Assembly (NCBI GenBank): GCA_948607205.1
Contig: CAPERS010000006.1
Location: forward strand, 1,799-65,798
Length of the DNA stretch: 64,000 nt
Direction: 5' to 3'
DNA from: an uncultured Eubacteriales bacterium
GTDB taxonomy: Bacteria > Bacillota > Clostridia > Christensenellales > UBA1242
The translations under genes and the position numbers were made by a program. Below the pieces are notes generated by a model. It was not told the DNA's origin. It was given only the letters and a program-made list of their open reading frames with translations, and did not search any database. Of the stretch, positions 18,591-26,599 are shown one piece after another; within the stretch, counting starts at the first letter, position 1, and each line of letters begins with the position of its first letter.

Positions 18591-18620
18591 CAAAAAAAGA
18601 TATCTTGGCTTAGATATCTT
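18591..18620 (-). terminator. Rho-independent terminator overlapping the 3' end of the WG-repeat gene
   Basis: AGATATCT-loop-AGATATCT stem followed by T7 on the minus strand. Confidence 0.65.
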
Positions 18621-19677
18621 TTATTTCTTCAAAGTCGTTTTTGCATAAAACTTCAACATTTTTGCTTGGACTTATTTTATGAGTTGATAAAAATTTTGGT
18701 GAAACAATAATTTTGTTCTTCTCCAAAACAAATTCTTCACCATTGAATTTGGCTTTTGCTGTTTTTTTCTCATCAAAGTCGCTTATTTCGTCGAAAATGC
18801 AAGGGATGTATTCAGTGCCGTCTGTGTTAATGTATCCATATTTGCCGTTTAATTTCGCCTTTGCAATCCAGTGATAAATATCTATATTTTGAAATTTTCC
18901 TATTGATTCATATATACAAGTGTTTTTATAAGCCGATTTATCTGGTTTATATAAATTAATAAGTCCCCATTTTCCAGTTCCTATGTTTTTTAGTCGACCA
19001 ATTTCAATTTCATCTTGCCATTCCAGTTTTTCTCCTCGAAATACTCTATCTTTGCCTTCAAAAGCTTCTGAGCTAAGGCGCCTGAGTTTATAACCTTCAA
19101 CACAACCTTTTTCACGTCTAATTAACATTCCACTTTTTGTAATGCATTGAAGCTTTCCTTTTTTAAGTGGGAGCATTTGTGTTAGTCCGTAATGGAAACT
19201 GTAACCAAGTAGTCCTTCTTTCTTGTTTTTAGAAACAATAAATTGGCGATAACCTGGAATTCTTTCAATTTTGTCATAATAATCAGAATGTCTGTTATTG
19301 TCAGTGTTAAGGAAATAACAGCGCTCTAAGTTGTCTTTTATGACGACCATATTTTCTTTACTTTTCAGATTTTCTATTTCAATCCCTGAAAATTGTTTTC
19401 TTCCATAGTTTGTGTTGAAAACATCATACTTGGAGGAAGCTGTTGGTATAAACAAATAAGAACCTTTTTTTAAGTAATCCTTGTGGACTTCTTCCATTTC
19501 GCAAATTATTCTGTCTGGAAGTTTTTTGCTTAGGATATGCTCGCCAGAAAGCATAATGCCGACGGCGTTAGGATTCTTTTTATCCCAAACTGCGTAAAAG
19601 TTAATTCCTTCATAGCCACTTGCAATAAATTTTCTTTGGTATTTAAGTTTTTTTTCTTTCTTTTTTATAATTCCCAT
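18610..19677 (-). CDS. WG-repeat protein
   Basis: GKWGLIN and GKYGYINTDGTEYIPCIFDEI motifs (KWG/WG repeats). AGGAG SD. No signal peptide. Confidence 0.7.
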   Translation of the reverse strand: MGIIKKKEKKLKYQRKFIASGYEGINFYAVWDKKNPNAVGIMLSGEHILSKKLPDRIICEMEEVHKDYLKKGSYLFIPTASSKYDVFNTNYGRKQFSGIEIENLKSKENMVVIKDNLERCYFLNTDNNRHSDYYDKIERIPGYRQFIVSKNKKEGLLGYSFHYGLTQMLPLKKGKLQCITKSGMLIRREKGCVEGYKLRRLSSEAFEGKDRVFRGEKLEWQDEIEIGRLKNIGTGKWGLINLYKPDKSAYKNTCIYESIGKFQNIDIYHWIAKAKLNGKYGYINTDGTEYIPCIFDEISDFDEKKTAKAKFNGEEFVLEKNKIIVSPKFLSTHKISPSKNVEVLCKNDFEEIKDI

Positions 19678-19701
19678 ATTTTCTCCTGTTGTTTATGAAA
19701 A

Positions 19702-19730
19702 ATTATAACATGAAATAAGGCTTTTGTCAA
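19702..19730 (-). promoter_or_regulatory. promoter of WG-repeat gene 1
   Basis: Minus strand: TTGACA, 17-bp spacer, TGtTATAAT. Confidence 0.6.
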
Positions 19731-19782
19731 TAGGGCAAAAAAAGAAAACACTCACTTTCGTTCGTGTTATTCTTGCGTTCCT

Positions 19783-19810
19783 AAAAAAATGCCACTTAGT
19801 TAAGTGACAT
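19783..19810 (-). terminator. Rho-independent terminator
   Basis: ATGTCACTTA / TAAGTGGCAT stem (one G-U pair) followed by T7 on the minus strand. Confidence 0.65.
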
Positions 19811-19844
19811 TTAATTTTTCCAAACATTTTTCTTTTTTTTTGTT

Positions 19845-20972
19845 TTAAGAAAGTTGGAAAGGAAGAATTCTGTATTCTTTCATTTCATTATCTTGCTTTT
19901 CAGGTTTTGAATTTTCCCAAGCGTGAATTTTTTTCATGCAATCTTCAACATTGACTGCGCTTACAAGTTCTGGTGCTGAAATAATGCTTTCAATAATTGA
20001 AGCAAAGTTTCTATTGTTAAGCACAAATGTTTTGCCTAAAATTTCAACTTCAATATTGTCGTAATCAACTTCAATATCGTCAAAGATGCAAGGTATAATT
20101 TCTGTTCCGTTTTCATTAATGCATCCATACAGTCCATTTCCTTTAACTACTGCCAAATATTTGCTGTAATCAACTTGATAACTTGTAGTATATCCATAGC
20201 TACTTTTACTAGTGCGATATTGATAATTCTTATCAAAATTTTTAAATTTTTTGATTTTTGTGTAATTACAATCGACAAAATATTTTCCGTTGATATCCAT
20301 AAGTCCAACTCTTCCGCCTGTAAACACACGGAAATAATTATTAAAGAAAAATTTATTGTCGACAGCATAAAATGCATCCTCAGTAAGTTTTTTGCCAGTG
20401 TTTTTATATAACTCAATTACTTTATATAAATTACTTTTGTCATTCTTTTGTGCTAAAACAATTTCTGGTGTTGCACCTTCTTCAATATTATCAAATTCAT
20501 AAGGCAAAACATTCTGATTATTTTTTAATAAGGCAAATTTTCCATCTTTTTTGGCGATAAAATATGCATTATTTTTGCTATCACAATTTAAATAAGATAG
20601 TTCTTCAAATTCATATTGTGGCCCTTGTGAATTATTATTTTCTGTGTTAAATAAAGCTTTTTTATCACCATTGTCTAAAATAAGCCATGGAGCTGATTTT
20701 TGGATAGTATCATTATCTATTTGTATATCTGAAACAACTTCTTTGTTTGCTGAAATGTCATAAATTGTGTAAGCATCATCTTTATATAATAAAATGTAAT
20801 TATCTTTAACATAGAGTTCATTATAAATAGCATCCATTAATATTTCGCCATTTTTATTTAATAGTCCGCACTTTTTTTCATTTTTACGATTTGAAATTCT
20901 ATATATATCATTGCCTAAATAGGATTTTACATATTTCATTAATTTCAATTTTTTACTAATTCTTTTTAACAT
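19845..20972 (-). CDS. WG-repeat protein (paralog of 18610-19677)
   Basis: GRVGLMDINGKYFV and GLYGCINENGTEIIPCIFDDI motifs. Start trimmed from the track start (21056) to the ATG at 20972, preceded by an AAAGGAG SD. Confidence 0.7.
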   Translation of the reverse strand: MLKRISKKLKLMKYVKSYLGNDIYRISNRKNEKKCGLLNKNGEILMDAIYNELYVKDNYILLYKDDAYTIYDISANKEVVSDIQIDNDTIQKSAPWLILDNGDKKALFNTENNNSQGPQYEFEELSYLNCDSKNNAYFIAKKDGKFALLKNNQNVLPYEFDNIEEGATPEIVLAQKNDKSNLYKVIELYKNTGKKLTEDAFYAVDNKFFFNNYFRVFTGGRVGLMDINGKYFVDCNYTKIKKFKNFDKNYQYRTSKSSYGYTTSYQVDYSKYLAVVKGNGLYGCINENGTEIIPCIFDDIEVDYDNIEVEILGKTFVLNNRNFASIIESIISAPELVSAVNVEDCMKKIHAWENSKPEKQDNEMKEYRILPFQLS

Positions 20973-21002
20973 TGTTTGCTCCTTTTTATGCTTTACAATA
21001 TA

Positions 21003-21031
21003 ATTATACTTCGGGGGAGGGGATTTGTCAA
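21003..21031 (-). promoter_or_regulatory. promoter of WG-repeat gene 2 with an interrupted C tract in the spacer
   Basis: Minus strand: TTGACA, 17-bp spacer (aatCCCCTCCCCCgaag), TATAAT. Confidence 0.6.
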
Positions 21032-21040
21032 TGGCAAAAT

Positions 21041-21072
21041 AAAAAAAGTGCAACATTGTTACACTTTTTTTT
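21041..21072. terminator. bidirectional terminator after hisS
   Basis: A7-GTGCAAC-att-GTTACAC-T8. Confidence 0.7.
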
Positions 21073-21075
21073 GAG

Positions 21076-22380
21076 TTATTTCAATCTTTCAAGGCAAGAT
21101 TCTTTTGATAAAGTTTCTTGCTCGCCAGTTTGCATATTTTTAAGGTTGTATTTTCCGCTTGCGACTTCGTTTTCACCAACAATCAAAATGAATGGTATTT
21201 CTCGCTTGTTTGCATCTTTGAGTTTGGCTTTGAATGAGCGGTCAGAGTAGTTTACTTCGCAGTTTATGCCGTTATCTTTAAAATAAGCACAAAGTTCAAA
21301 GCAGTGATTGAGGGTTTCGCCAAGTGGAATAATGCAAAGTTTGGTTGTTGAAAGAGGGTGAGGTGGAAGCATGTCGTTGTTGTCCAGAAGGTCGAAAAGG
21401 CGAGTGAGTCCAATGCTCATTCCAACACCAGGAAGTTTCTTTTCTGTGAAATAACCTGCAAGGTTGTCATAACGCCCGCCAGCACTGACAACTCCAAACT
21501 CAGTGTGAGCAGGGCAGACAGCCTCAAAAACTGTGCCAGTATAGTAGTTCTGACCACGAATGACACCTAGGTCCAGCGCGCAGTTGTCAATCTTCATAAC
21601 TTTAATAAGAGAAGAAAGTTCTTTAAGTTCATTGATTCCTTTTTGATAGCACTCGTTGTCAGTCAAAGATTCAACTTCTTTTAAAATTTGATTAAAGTCA
21701 CCGCACTTGAGAGTGATTTCTGTGAGTGTCAATGCGTTCTCTTCGTTGACTCCAAGTTTAATAAGTTCAGCCTTTGCGTTATCTCTGCCGATTTTATTTA
21801 TCTTATCCAGAATGATAAGAATTTCAGAGGTTTTCTCAGTAAGTCCAAGTGCCTCGCAAAGTCCAAACAAAACATTCCTGTTGGAAACGTGGGTTACAAC
21901 ATCAATGCTAAGTTCTTTGAATACTTTATCAATAAGGTTCAAACATTCAGCGTCGGCAGGAATAGGCAGATTTTCATTTCCGATTATGTCTGCGTCGCAT
22001 TGATAGAATTCTCTAAAACGTCCTTTTTGAGCGCGTTCTCCGCGATAAACTTTGCCAATTTGATAACGCTTGAAAGGAAATGAAAGGTTTTCGCTATTCA
22101 TTGCAACATAACGCGCAAGAGGAACGGTGAGGTCATAACGCATACAAATGTCAGTGTCGCCTTTTTTGAAGTGATAAAGTTCTTTGTCAATTTCACCGCC
22201 ACTCTTTGCAAGCAGGATTTCACTTAGTTCCAAAACAGGTGTGTCAATAGGAACAAAACAATTCCTTTTGAACACATTTTTGATTTTATCCATCATTTCA
22301 TCAAACACAATCTGCTTGTCAGGCGTAAGTTCCATAAAACCCGACAATTTTCGTGGTGTAACCAGTCTATCTTTGCTCAT
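21076..22380 (-). CDS. hisS: histidine--tRNA ligase
   Basis: Class IIa motifs: RYDLTVPLARY, FKRYQIGKVYRGERAQKGRFREFYQCD, AGGRYDNL, GVGMSIGLTRL. AAGGAG SD. Confidence 0.93.
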   Translation of the reverse strand: MSKDRLVTPRKLSGFMELTPDKQIVFDEMMDKIKNVFKRNCFVPIDTPVLELSEILLAKSGGEIDKELYHFKKGDTDICMRYDLTVPLARYVAMNSENLSFPFKRYQIGKVYRGERAQKGRFREFYQCDADIIGNENLPIPADAECLNLIDKVFKELSIDVVTHVSNRNVLFGLCEALGLTEKTSEILIILDKINKIGRDNAKAELIKLGVNEENALTLTEITLKCGDFNQILKEVESLTDNECYQKGINELKELSSLIKVMKIDNCALDLGVIRGQNYYTGTVFEAVCPAHTEFGVVSAGGRYDNLAGYFTEKKLPGVGMSIGLTRLFDLLDNNDMLPPHPLSTTKLCIIPLGETLNHCFELCAYFKDNGINCEVNYSDRSFKAKLKDANKREIPFILIVGENEVASGKYNLKNMQTGEQETLSKESCLERLK

Positions 22381-22402
22381 AAAATCTCCTTACTGTAAGT
22401 AA

Positions 22403-22431
22403 ATTATATTGTAAAACAGCCAAAAAGTCAA
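22403..22431 (-). promoter_or_regulatory. hisS promoter
   Basis: Minus strand: TTGACT, 17-bp spacer, TATAAT. The -35 context ATGTTTGACTTTT is repeated at 22712-22724. Confidence 0.6.
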
Positions 22432-22456
22432 ACATATATAGCAAAAAGCTGTGAAT

Positions 22457-22487
22457 TTACCCACAGAGAGTTATCCACATTTCCACA
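22457..22487 (+). promoter_or_regulatory. DnaA-box cluster, part 1
   Basis: TTACCCACA (22457-22465, 1 mismatch), TTATCCACA (22471-22479, perfect), ATTTCCACA (22479-22487, 2 mismatches). Confidence 0.6.
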
Positions 22488-22528
22488 ATTAAATATTTAT
22501 ACAAAACTGCTTATTTTTATACATTTTT

Positions 22529-22560
22529 AGGTTTTTTGTCTTAAATCTAAGACAAAACCT
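22529..22560. other. long imperfect hairpin between the two DnaA-box groups
   Basis: AGGTTTTttGTCTTA-aatc-TAAGACAAAACCT. No U tract on the minus (gene) strand, only a short interrupted T run on the plus strand, so not called a terminator. Confidence 0.6.
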
Positions 22561-22565
22561 TTAAG

Positions 22566-22582
22566 TTATCCACATTTCCACA
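22566..22582 (+). promoter_or_regulatory. DnaA-box cluster, part 2
   Basis: TTATCCACA (22566-22574, perfect) and ATTTCCACA (22574-22582). Same 17-mer as 22471-22487. Confidence 0.6.
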
Positions 22583-22691
22583 TCATTTTTAATTCAAAAT
22601 GGTGTGTTTTTGATATTGAGTAACGCAATTAAAGGGTAATGTTTATAAAAATATAACTAATTATTTTGGCGTTTATTTTTGCGCCTTAATA

Positions 22692-22720
22692 TATATAATC
22701 ATTTGCGACAGAAAAGTCAA
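22692..22720 (-). promoter_or_regulatory. second, upstream promoter-like element facing hisS
   Basis: Minus strand: TTGACT, 17-bp spacer, TATATA. Confidence 0.4.
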
Positions 22721-22772
22721 ACATTTGACAAATATTTTTAAAAATATTTCAAGATTTTTTGAACTTTTTGCC

Positions 22773-24833
22773 TTAATTTTTATAGAAAGAAAGAAAACTT
22801 GTTTTCTCTTTTGCATAAATAAAGAATAATTTATGCAAAGCGCGTGTTGAAGAAACATATAAAATATTTTTTTCTAGGCTGTTTTTATAGTTATCTTTGT
22901 CAGCATTTGGCACGATAACGCAGTCAAACTCTATGCCTTTTGCAGTTGCGCAGGTTGTGAGAAGAACTTTGTTGTTATAATCTTCTTGTTGTTTGATAAC
23001 TTTGAAATCAAGCATGCCTTTCAATTCTTTTGCAAGTTCGTCACGCTCTTTTTTGCATTTGCAAACGATTGCTATGTGGTCAAACTGTGTGTTTTCTTTG
23101 ACAATCTTGACAATTTCTTCTGCTTGATTTTCCGCTTTGATTATTTGAGGTTTTTCACCACTGCGGTTGACATATTCAATATCTTTAAGCCCAATCATTT
23201 CATGCGCGAAGGTTGCAATTTCGCGTGTTGAGCGATAGGTTTTTTTCAGTTCAATAAGTTCGGTTTGCAAGAATGACGACATCTCGTTGAGATAATCCAT
23301 TCCAAGACACTTTTCAATGCACTGGTTTATATCGCCAAGAATTATGCTTGGACATGACCAAAGTTTTTTGAAAAGATATAAGTCAACTGGCGTGAAATCT
23401 TGCATTTCGTCAATGATGAGATATTTGGCAGAGAAGTCGTGGTCAAAACCATATAGGAAATGCTTGATAAGAAGCAGGGCGCCTTTGTCCATGTAGGAAA
23501 CAACTTTTCCTTTTGGCAAAGTGATGTCATTGCGCGTTAAAAAGATTTCAAAAATCTTATCAATATCTTTGATAGGCAGGAAGTTATATAGGATAAACTT
23601 AAAGCGGTCGCGAAGACCTTTGAACTGTTCTTTGGTATACTTGCGTCGCTCAGTGAACACCATGGCATATTGCCAAGCAAGTTTGTTTATGCGCTCATAT
23701 AGTGGTAAATCTTTGTAGGTATCAAAGAAAAGCTCACGAGTTTTTTCTTCTGGAAAGGCGATTTCTTCTTTTTCATTGTTTTCATTGATGCCAAGAATGT
23801 ATGACAAAGTTTTAGGAGTAAAAGTTTGACTGAAATCTCCATACAAAAATTTTAACAGTTCGTCGAGATATTCAAATGATGACTTGTATGAAATCTCATT
23901 CAATTTCTCTTGCTTTGGAAGTGTTGCAATTTCATCAAGCATATCTTCGCGAGATTGCAAAGGTTTTTTCAGTTCAACATGAGCGATGTTATCAAAAGTT
24001 GTTTCAGCCATGTTGTTTTCTCCAAGCTCTGGCAAAACATTTGAAATGTAACTCGAGAAAATGTTGTTCGGCGAAATGATGATGATGTCACTGCTTTTAA
24101 GAGTTTTGCGATGCTTGTAAAGAAGGTATGCCACGCGGTGCAGTGCAATTGAGGTCTTGCCTGAGCCAGCAACGCCTTGAACGAGAATGTTGTCATACTT
24201 CTCAGTTCTCACAATTTCATTCTGCTCTTTTTGAATGCTCGCAACAATCTGCTTCATCTTGCTTGACGAATTTTTTGACAAAACATCCTTCAAAATGTCG
24301 TCATTTATTGTGAGGTCGGTGTCAAAATATGATTCAAGCGCTTTGTTTTCAATTTTGTATTGCCTCTTTAAAGAAATTTCTCCGATAACTTTTCTCTTGT
24401 CGGCTGTATATGACGCCTGTCCGAGAGGATAGTCATAATACATTGAAGATATTGGCGCGCGCCAGTCGGCAACAAGCACCTTTGTGCCGTCAAAGACATT
24501 GTTTATTCCTATATATATCTTTTGCGTTGTCTTATTCGACTTTGGAGTGAAATCTATGCGTGCAAAATATGGACTTTTAAGTTGGTTCAACAGTCTGCTT
24601 TTTTGAAGACTGAGATTTTGAGTGCTTTCTTCAAGCATGGAAATGTCGCTGAACCTTTTGCCTAAACTTCCTTCCTTATCGATATAATAATAATCGTCGC
24701 TAAGCGCTTTCTTTTCTTTGTCAAATTCGGCTTGCACGCTTGCAAGCCTAACTTCAATATCGTCTATCTTTTTGAGAACGAGTTTAATCGTCCTTGCGAG
24801 GTAATCTATTTCCTTTTGGTCAATGTTTGCCAT
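22773..24833 (-). CDS. superfamily-1 UvrD/Rep-type helicase, HelD / helicase IV-like
   Basis: Walker A VQGVAGSGKTSIALHRVAYLLY, IIDEMQDF, C-terminal KGIEFDCVIV and YVSSTRALHKL, N-terminal coiled coil. Start trimmed from 24959 to the ATG at 24833, which has a GGAGGG SD. Confidence 0.75.
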   Translation of the reverse strand: MANIDQKEIDYLARTIKLVLKKIDDIEVRLASVQAEFDKEKKALSDDYYYIDKEGSLGKRFSDISMLEESTQNLSLQKSRLLNQLKSPYFARIDFTPKSNKTTQKIYIGINNVFDGTKVLVADWRAPISSMYYDYPLGQASYTADKRKVIGEISLKRQYKIENKALESYFDTDLTINDDILKDVLSKNSSSKMKQIVASIQKEQNEIVRTEKYDNILVQGVAGSGKTSIALHRVAYLLYKHRKTLKSSDIIIISPNNIFSSYISNVLPELGENNMAETTFDNIAHVELKKPLQSREDMLDEIATLPKQEKLNEISYKSSFEYLDELLKFLYGDFSQTFTPKTLSYILGINENNEKEEIAFPEEKTRELFFDTYKDLPLYERINKLAWQYAMVFTERRKYTKEQFKGLRDRFKFILYNFLPIKDIDKIFEIFLTRNDITLPKGKVVSYMDKGALLLIKHFLYGFDHDFSAKYLIIDEMQDFTPVDLYLFKKLWSCPSIILGDINQCIEKCLGMDYLNEMSSFLQTELIELKKTYRSTREIATFAHEMIGLKDIEYVNRSGEKPQIIKAENQAEEIVKIVKENTQFDHIAIVCKCKKERDELAKELKGMLDFKVIKQQEDYNNKVLLTTCATAKGIEFDCVIVPNADKDNYKNSLEKNILYVSSTRALHKLFFIYAKEKTSFLSFYKN

Positions 24834-24863
24834 AAAAGTCCCTCCTAAAATTCTAGTGGCTAT

Positions 24864-24892
24864 ATTATACTCTTTTTTAAAGTAAATTTCAA
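24864..24892 (-). promoter_or_regulatory. helicase promoter
   Basis: Minus strand: TTGAAA, 17-bp spacer, TATAAT. Confidence 0.55.
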
Positions 24893-24922
24893 TAGTTTTT
24901 GAAAAGAAAAAAGAAAAATGTC

Positions 24923-24951
24923 TTGAAAGGGAGATTTTTATGTGATATAAT
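24923..24951 (+). promoter_or_regulatory. promoter abutting the ATG at 24958 (leaderless candidate)
   Basis: TTGAAA, 17-bp spacer, TGaTATAAT, then ATTTGC, then ATG. No SD. Confidence 0.55.
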
Positions 24952-24957
24952 ATTTGC

Positions 24958-26580
24958 ATGGAATGGAAAAATAACTATTCAAAAGAAAAATATTATCAAG
25001 TTTTAACAAAAGGATTACTGAAAGAAGAAGGTCATAAAAGGTTTGCAGAGCGTGAATTTTTTAAAGAGAAAAAGGCAGACCTTACTTTGTCTATTGGGCA
25101 GAATATTAAAAAAGGATACAGCGAACTGAGCGATTGGGAGAAACTTTTTGTTGCAAATTTCTATAAACAAGGTCAAATTCCAAAAGGAGAAGAAAGATAT
25201 AAGAAAGTTAGGGAAGATATAGAGCAAGAGCTTGATAGACTTTATGCTCTTGCAGATGAAATTGAGTATTTTAAAATAGACATAGATGATAATCAATACC
25301 TTGACAGATATTTTGAAGGTGAACTTAAAGCTTTGGAGGCAAGAGGGAAAAAGCAATCTGCTGAATATTATCGTAATTACGAGAGTGAAGCCAAAGATTA
25401 TATTGCAAAACAATTTGAAGAGATGCAGCAGGCAGAATATAAGCACATTGTTGACTTTATCATATCGACATCTTATGAGCCAGCTTTCAAAGCACTTATG
25501 CTTAGAGAAACGCTTTCGAAAGTTTATCGCACAGTTAAAAATGGTAACGAGTATAAAAAGATTGTTGAAAATCGAGTGCTTCATAAAACTATTGAAAGTC
25601 ACATAACCCTTAACAGTGATGTTTTAGAAGTTATATATAATGGAACAAAAGATTATAGCAATTTTGCAAATCTCTATTTTGCAGGTCTTGAAAAATCTAA
25701 CAAAAGGACAGCAGAGAAAAACACAGTTAATATTGAGGGGCTTAATACATTTGGTAAAGGCATTTGGCTTAAATTTGAAGGCAAGAAATCAAATAAAGCA
25801 GAATATATGCAAAATGCAAAAAAACTTGCTGCACTTGTGAAAAATACTCCATGGTGCACAAGTCATCTTGCCTCTTCTCAACTTAAGCAAGGCGACTTTT
25901 ATGTGTTTGTTGATAATGGCAATAATCCACACATTGCAGTCAAAATGTCAGGAAACACTGTTGATGAATTGAGAGGAATAAGAAAAGGGCAAGAACTTGA
26001 AGAAGAATATCGTGAGATAGCAATGGAATTTCTTAAAAAGAATAAAAGTGTCAGAGACGGCAAAAGGTGGCTAAAAAAAGAAGAGTGGAACAAACGTCTT
26101 ATTATGTGGAATAAAAAGATCGAAGAATCTGCTTTGAAACAAGAAGATGTTGAACTGATTATGAATGATATTTTTGATAAGTCATGTGAATATAAATCAC
26201 ATATACAAAATTCAAATCTTATAAGTTTAAAAGAGAATCTTCAAAAAGTTTCAAAAATGATCGCAAATTATTTTAACTGTGCTGAAGAGCAGATTGCATT
26301 CGGTAATGTTTCATTTAAAGCTCAAGATAGATGTCCGTATATATGTTGTTTAGGAAGTGTTATTTTTAAAAAAGGTGGAACTCCTGATTTTGGAAATCTT
26401 AAATATGTTGCAGATGACTTAATATTTTCTAAAAATTGTCGACGTAAAAAGAAACCTTATCATGAATTTAGAAAACTTGAATGTGGCGGATATGAACGCT
26501 TGCCAGAATATCTTAAAGAAGATACAAGTGAAAATAATCAAAATAAAAATAATATACAAGACAAAGAAAAAGACCTATAA
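24958..26580 (+). CDS. hypothetical 540-aa protein, possible PcfJ-like core
   Basis: Long uninterrupted ORF. Segment NTPWCTSHLASSQLKQGDFYVFVDNGNNPHIAVKMSGNTVDELRGI recalls the PcfJ-family motif order; this is from memory only. Confidence 0.55.
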   Translation: MEWKNNYSKEKYYQVLTKGLLKEEGHKRFAEREFFKEKKADLTLSIGQNIKKGYSELSDWEKLFVANFYKQGQIPKGEERYKKVREDIEQELDRLYALADEIEYFKIDIDDNQYLDRYFEGELKALEARGKKQSAEYYRNYESEAKDYIAKQFEEMQQAEYKHIVDFIISTSYEPAFKALMLRETLSKVYRTVKNGNEYKKIVENRVLHKTIESHITLNSDVLEVIYNGTKDYSNFANLYFAGLEKSNKRTAEKNTVNIEGLNTFGKGIWLKFEGKKSNKAEYMQNAKKLAALVKNTPWCTSHLASSQLKQGDFYVFVDNGNNPHIAVKMSGNTVDELRGIRKGQELEEEYREIAMEFLKKNKSVRDGKRWLKKEEWNKRLIMWNKKIEESALKQEDVELIMNDIFDKSCEYKSHIQNSNLISLKENLQKVSKMIANYFNCAEEQIAFGNVSFKAQDRCPYICCLGSVIFKKGGTPDFGNLKYVADDLIFSKNCRRKKKPYHEFRKLECGGYERLPEYLKEDTSENNQNKNNIQDKEKDL

Positions 26581-26598
26581 ATCTAGGTCTTTTTTTTC
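26566..26598. terminator. bidirectional terminator between convergent genes
   Basis: A5-AGACCTA-taaatc-TAGGTCT-T8. The stop codon of the plus-strand gene lies in the loop. Confidence 0.75.
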
Positions 26599-26599
26599 G

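Noticed and set aside
22381-22772. T-box riboswitch upstream of hisS; also looked for upstream of aspS/asnS and metG.
   Set aside because: No T-box consensus (..GGUGGUACCGCG..) or specifier-loop architecture on the coding strand. The aspS and metG upstream regions are too short (about 25-30 nt) to hold one.
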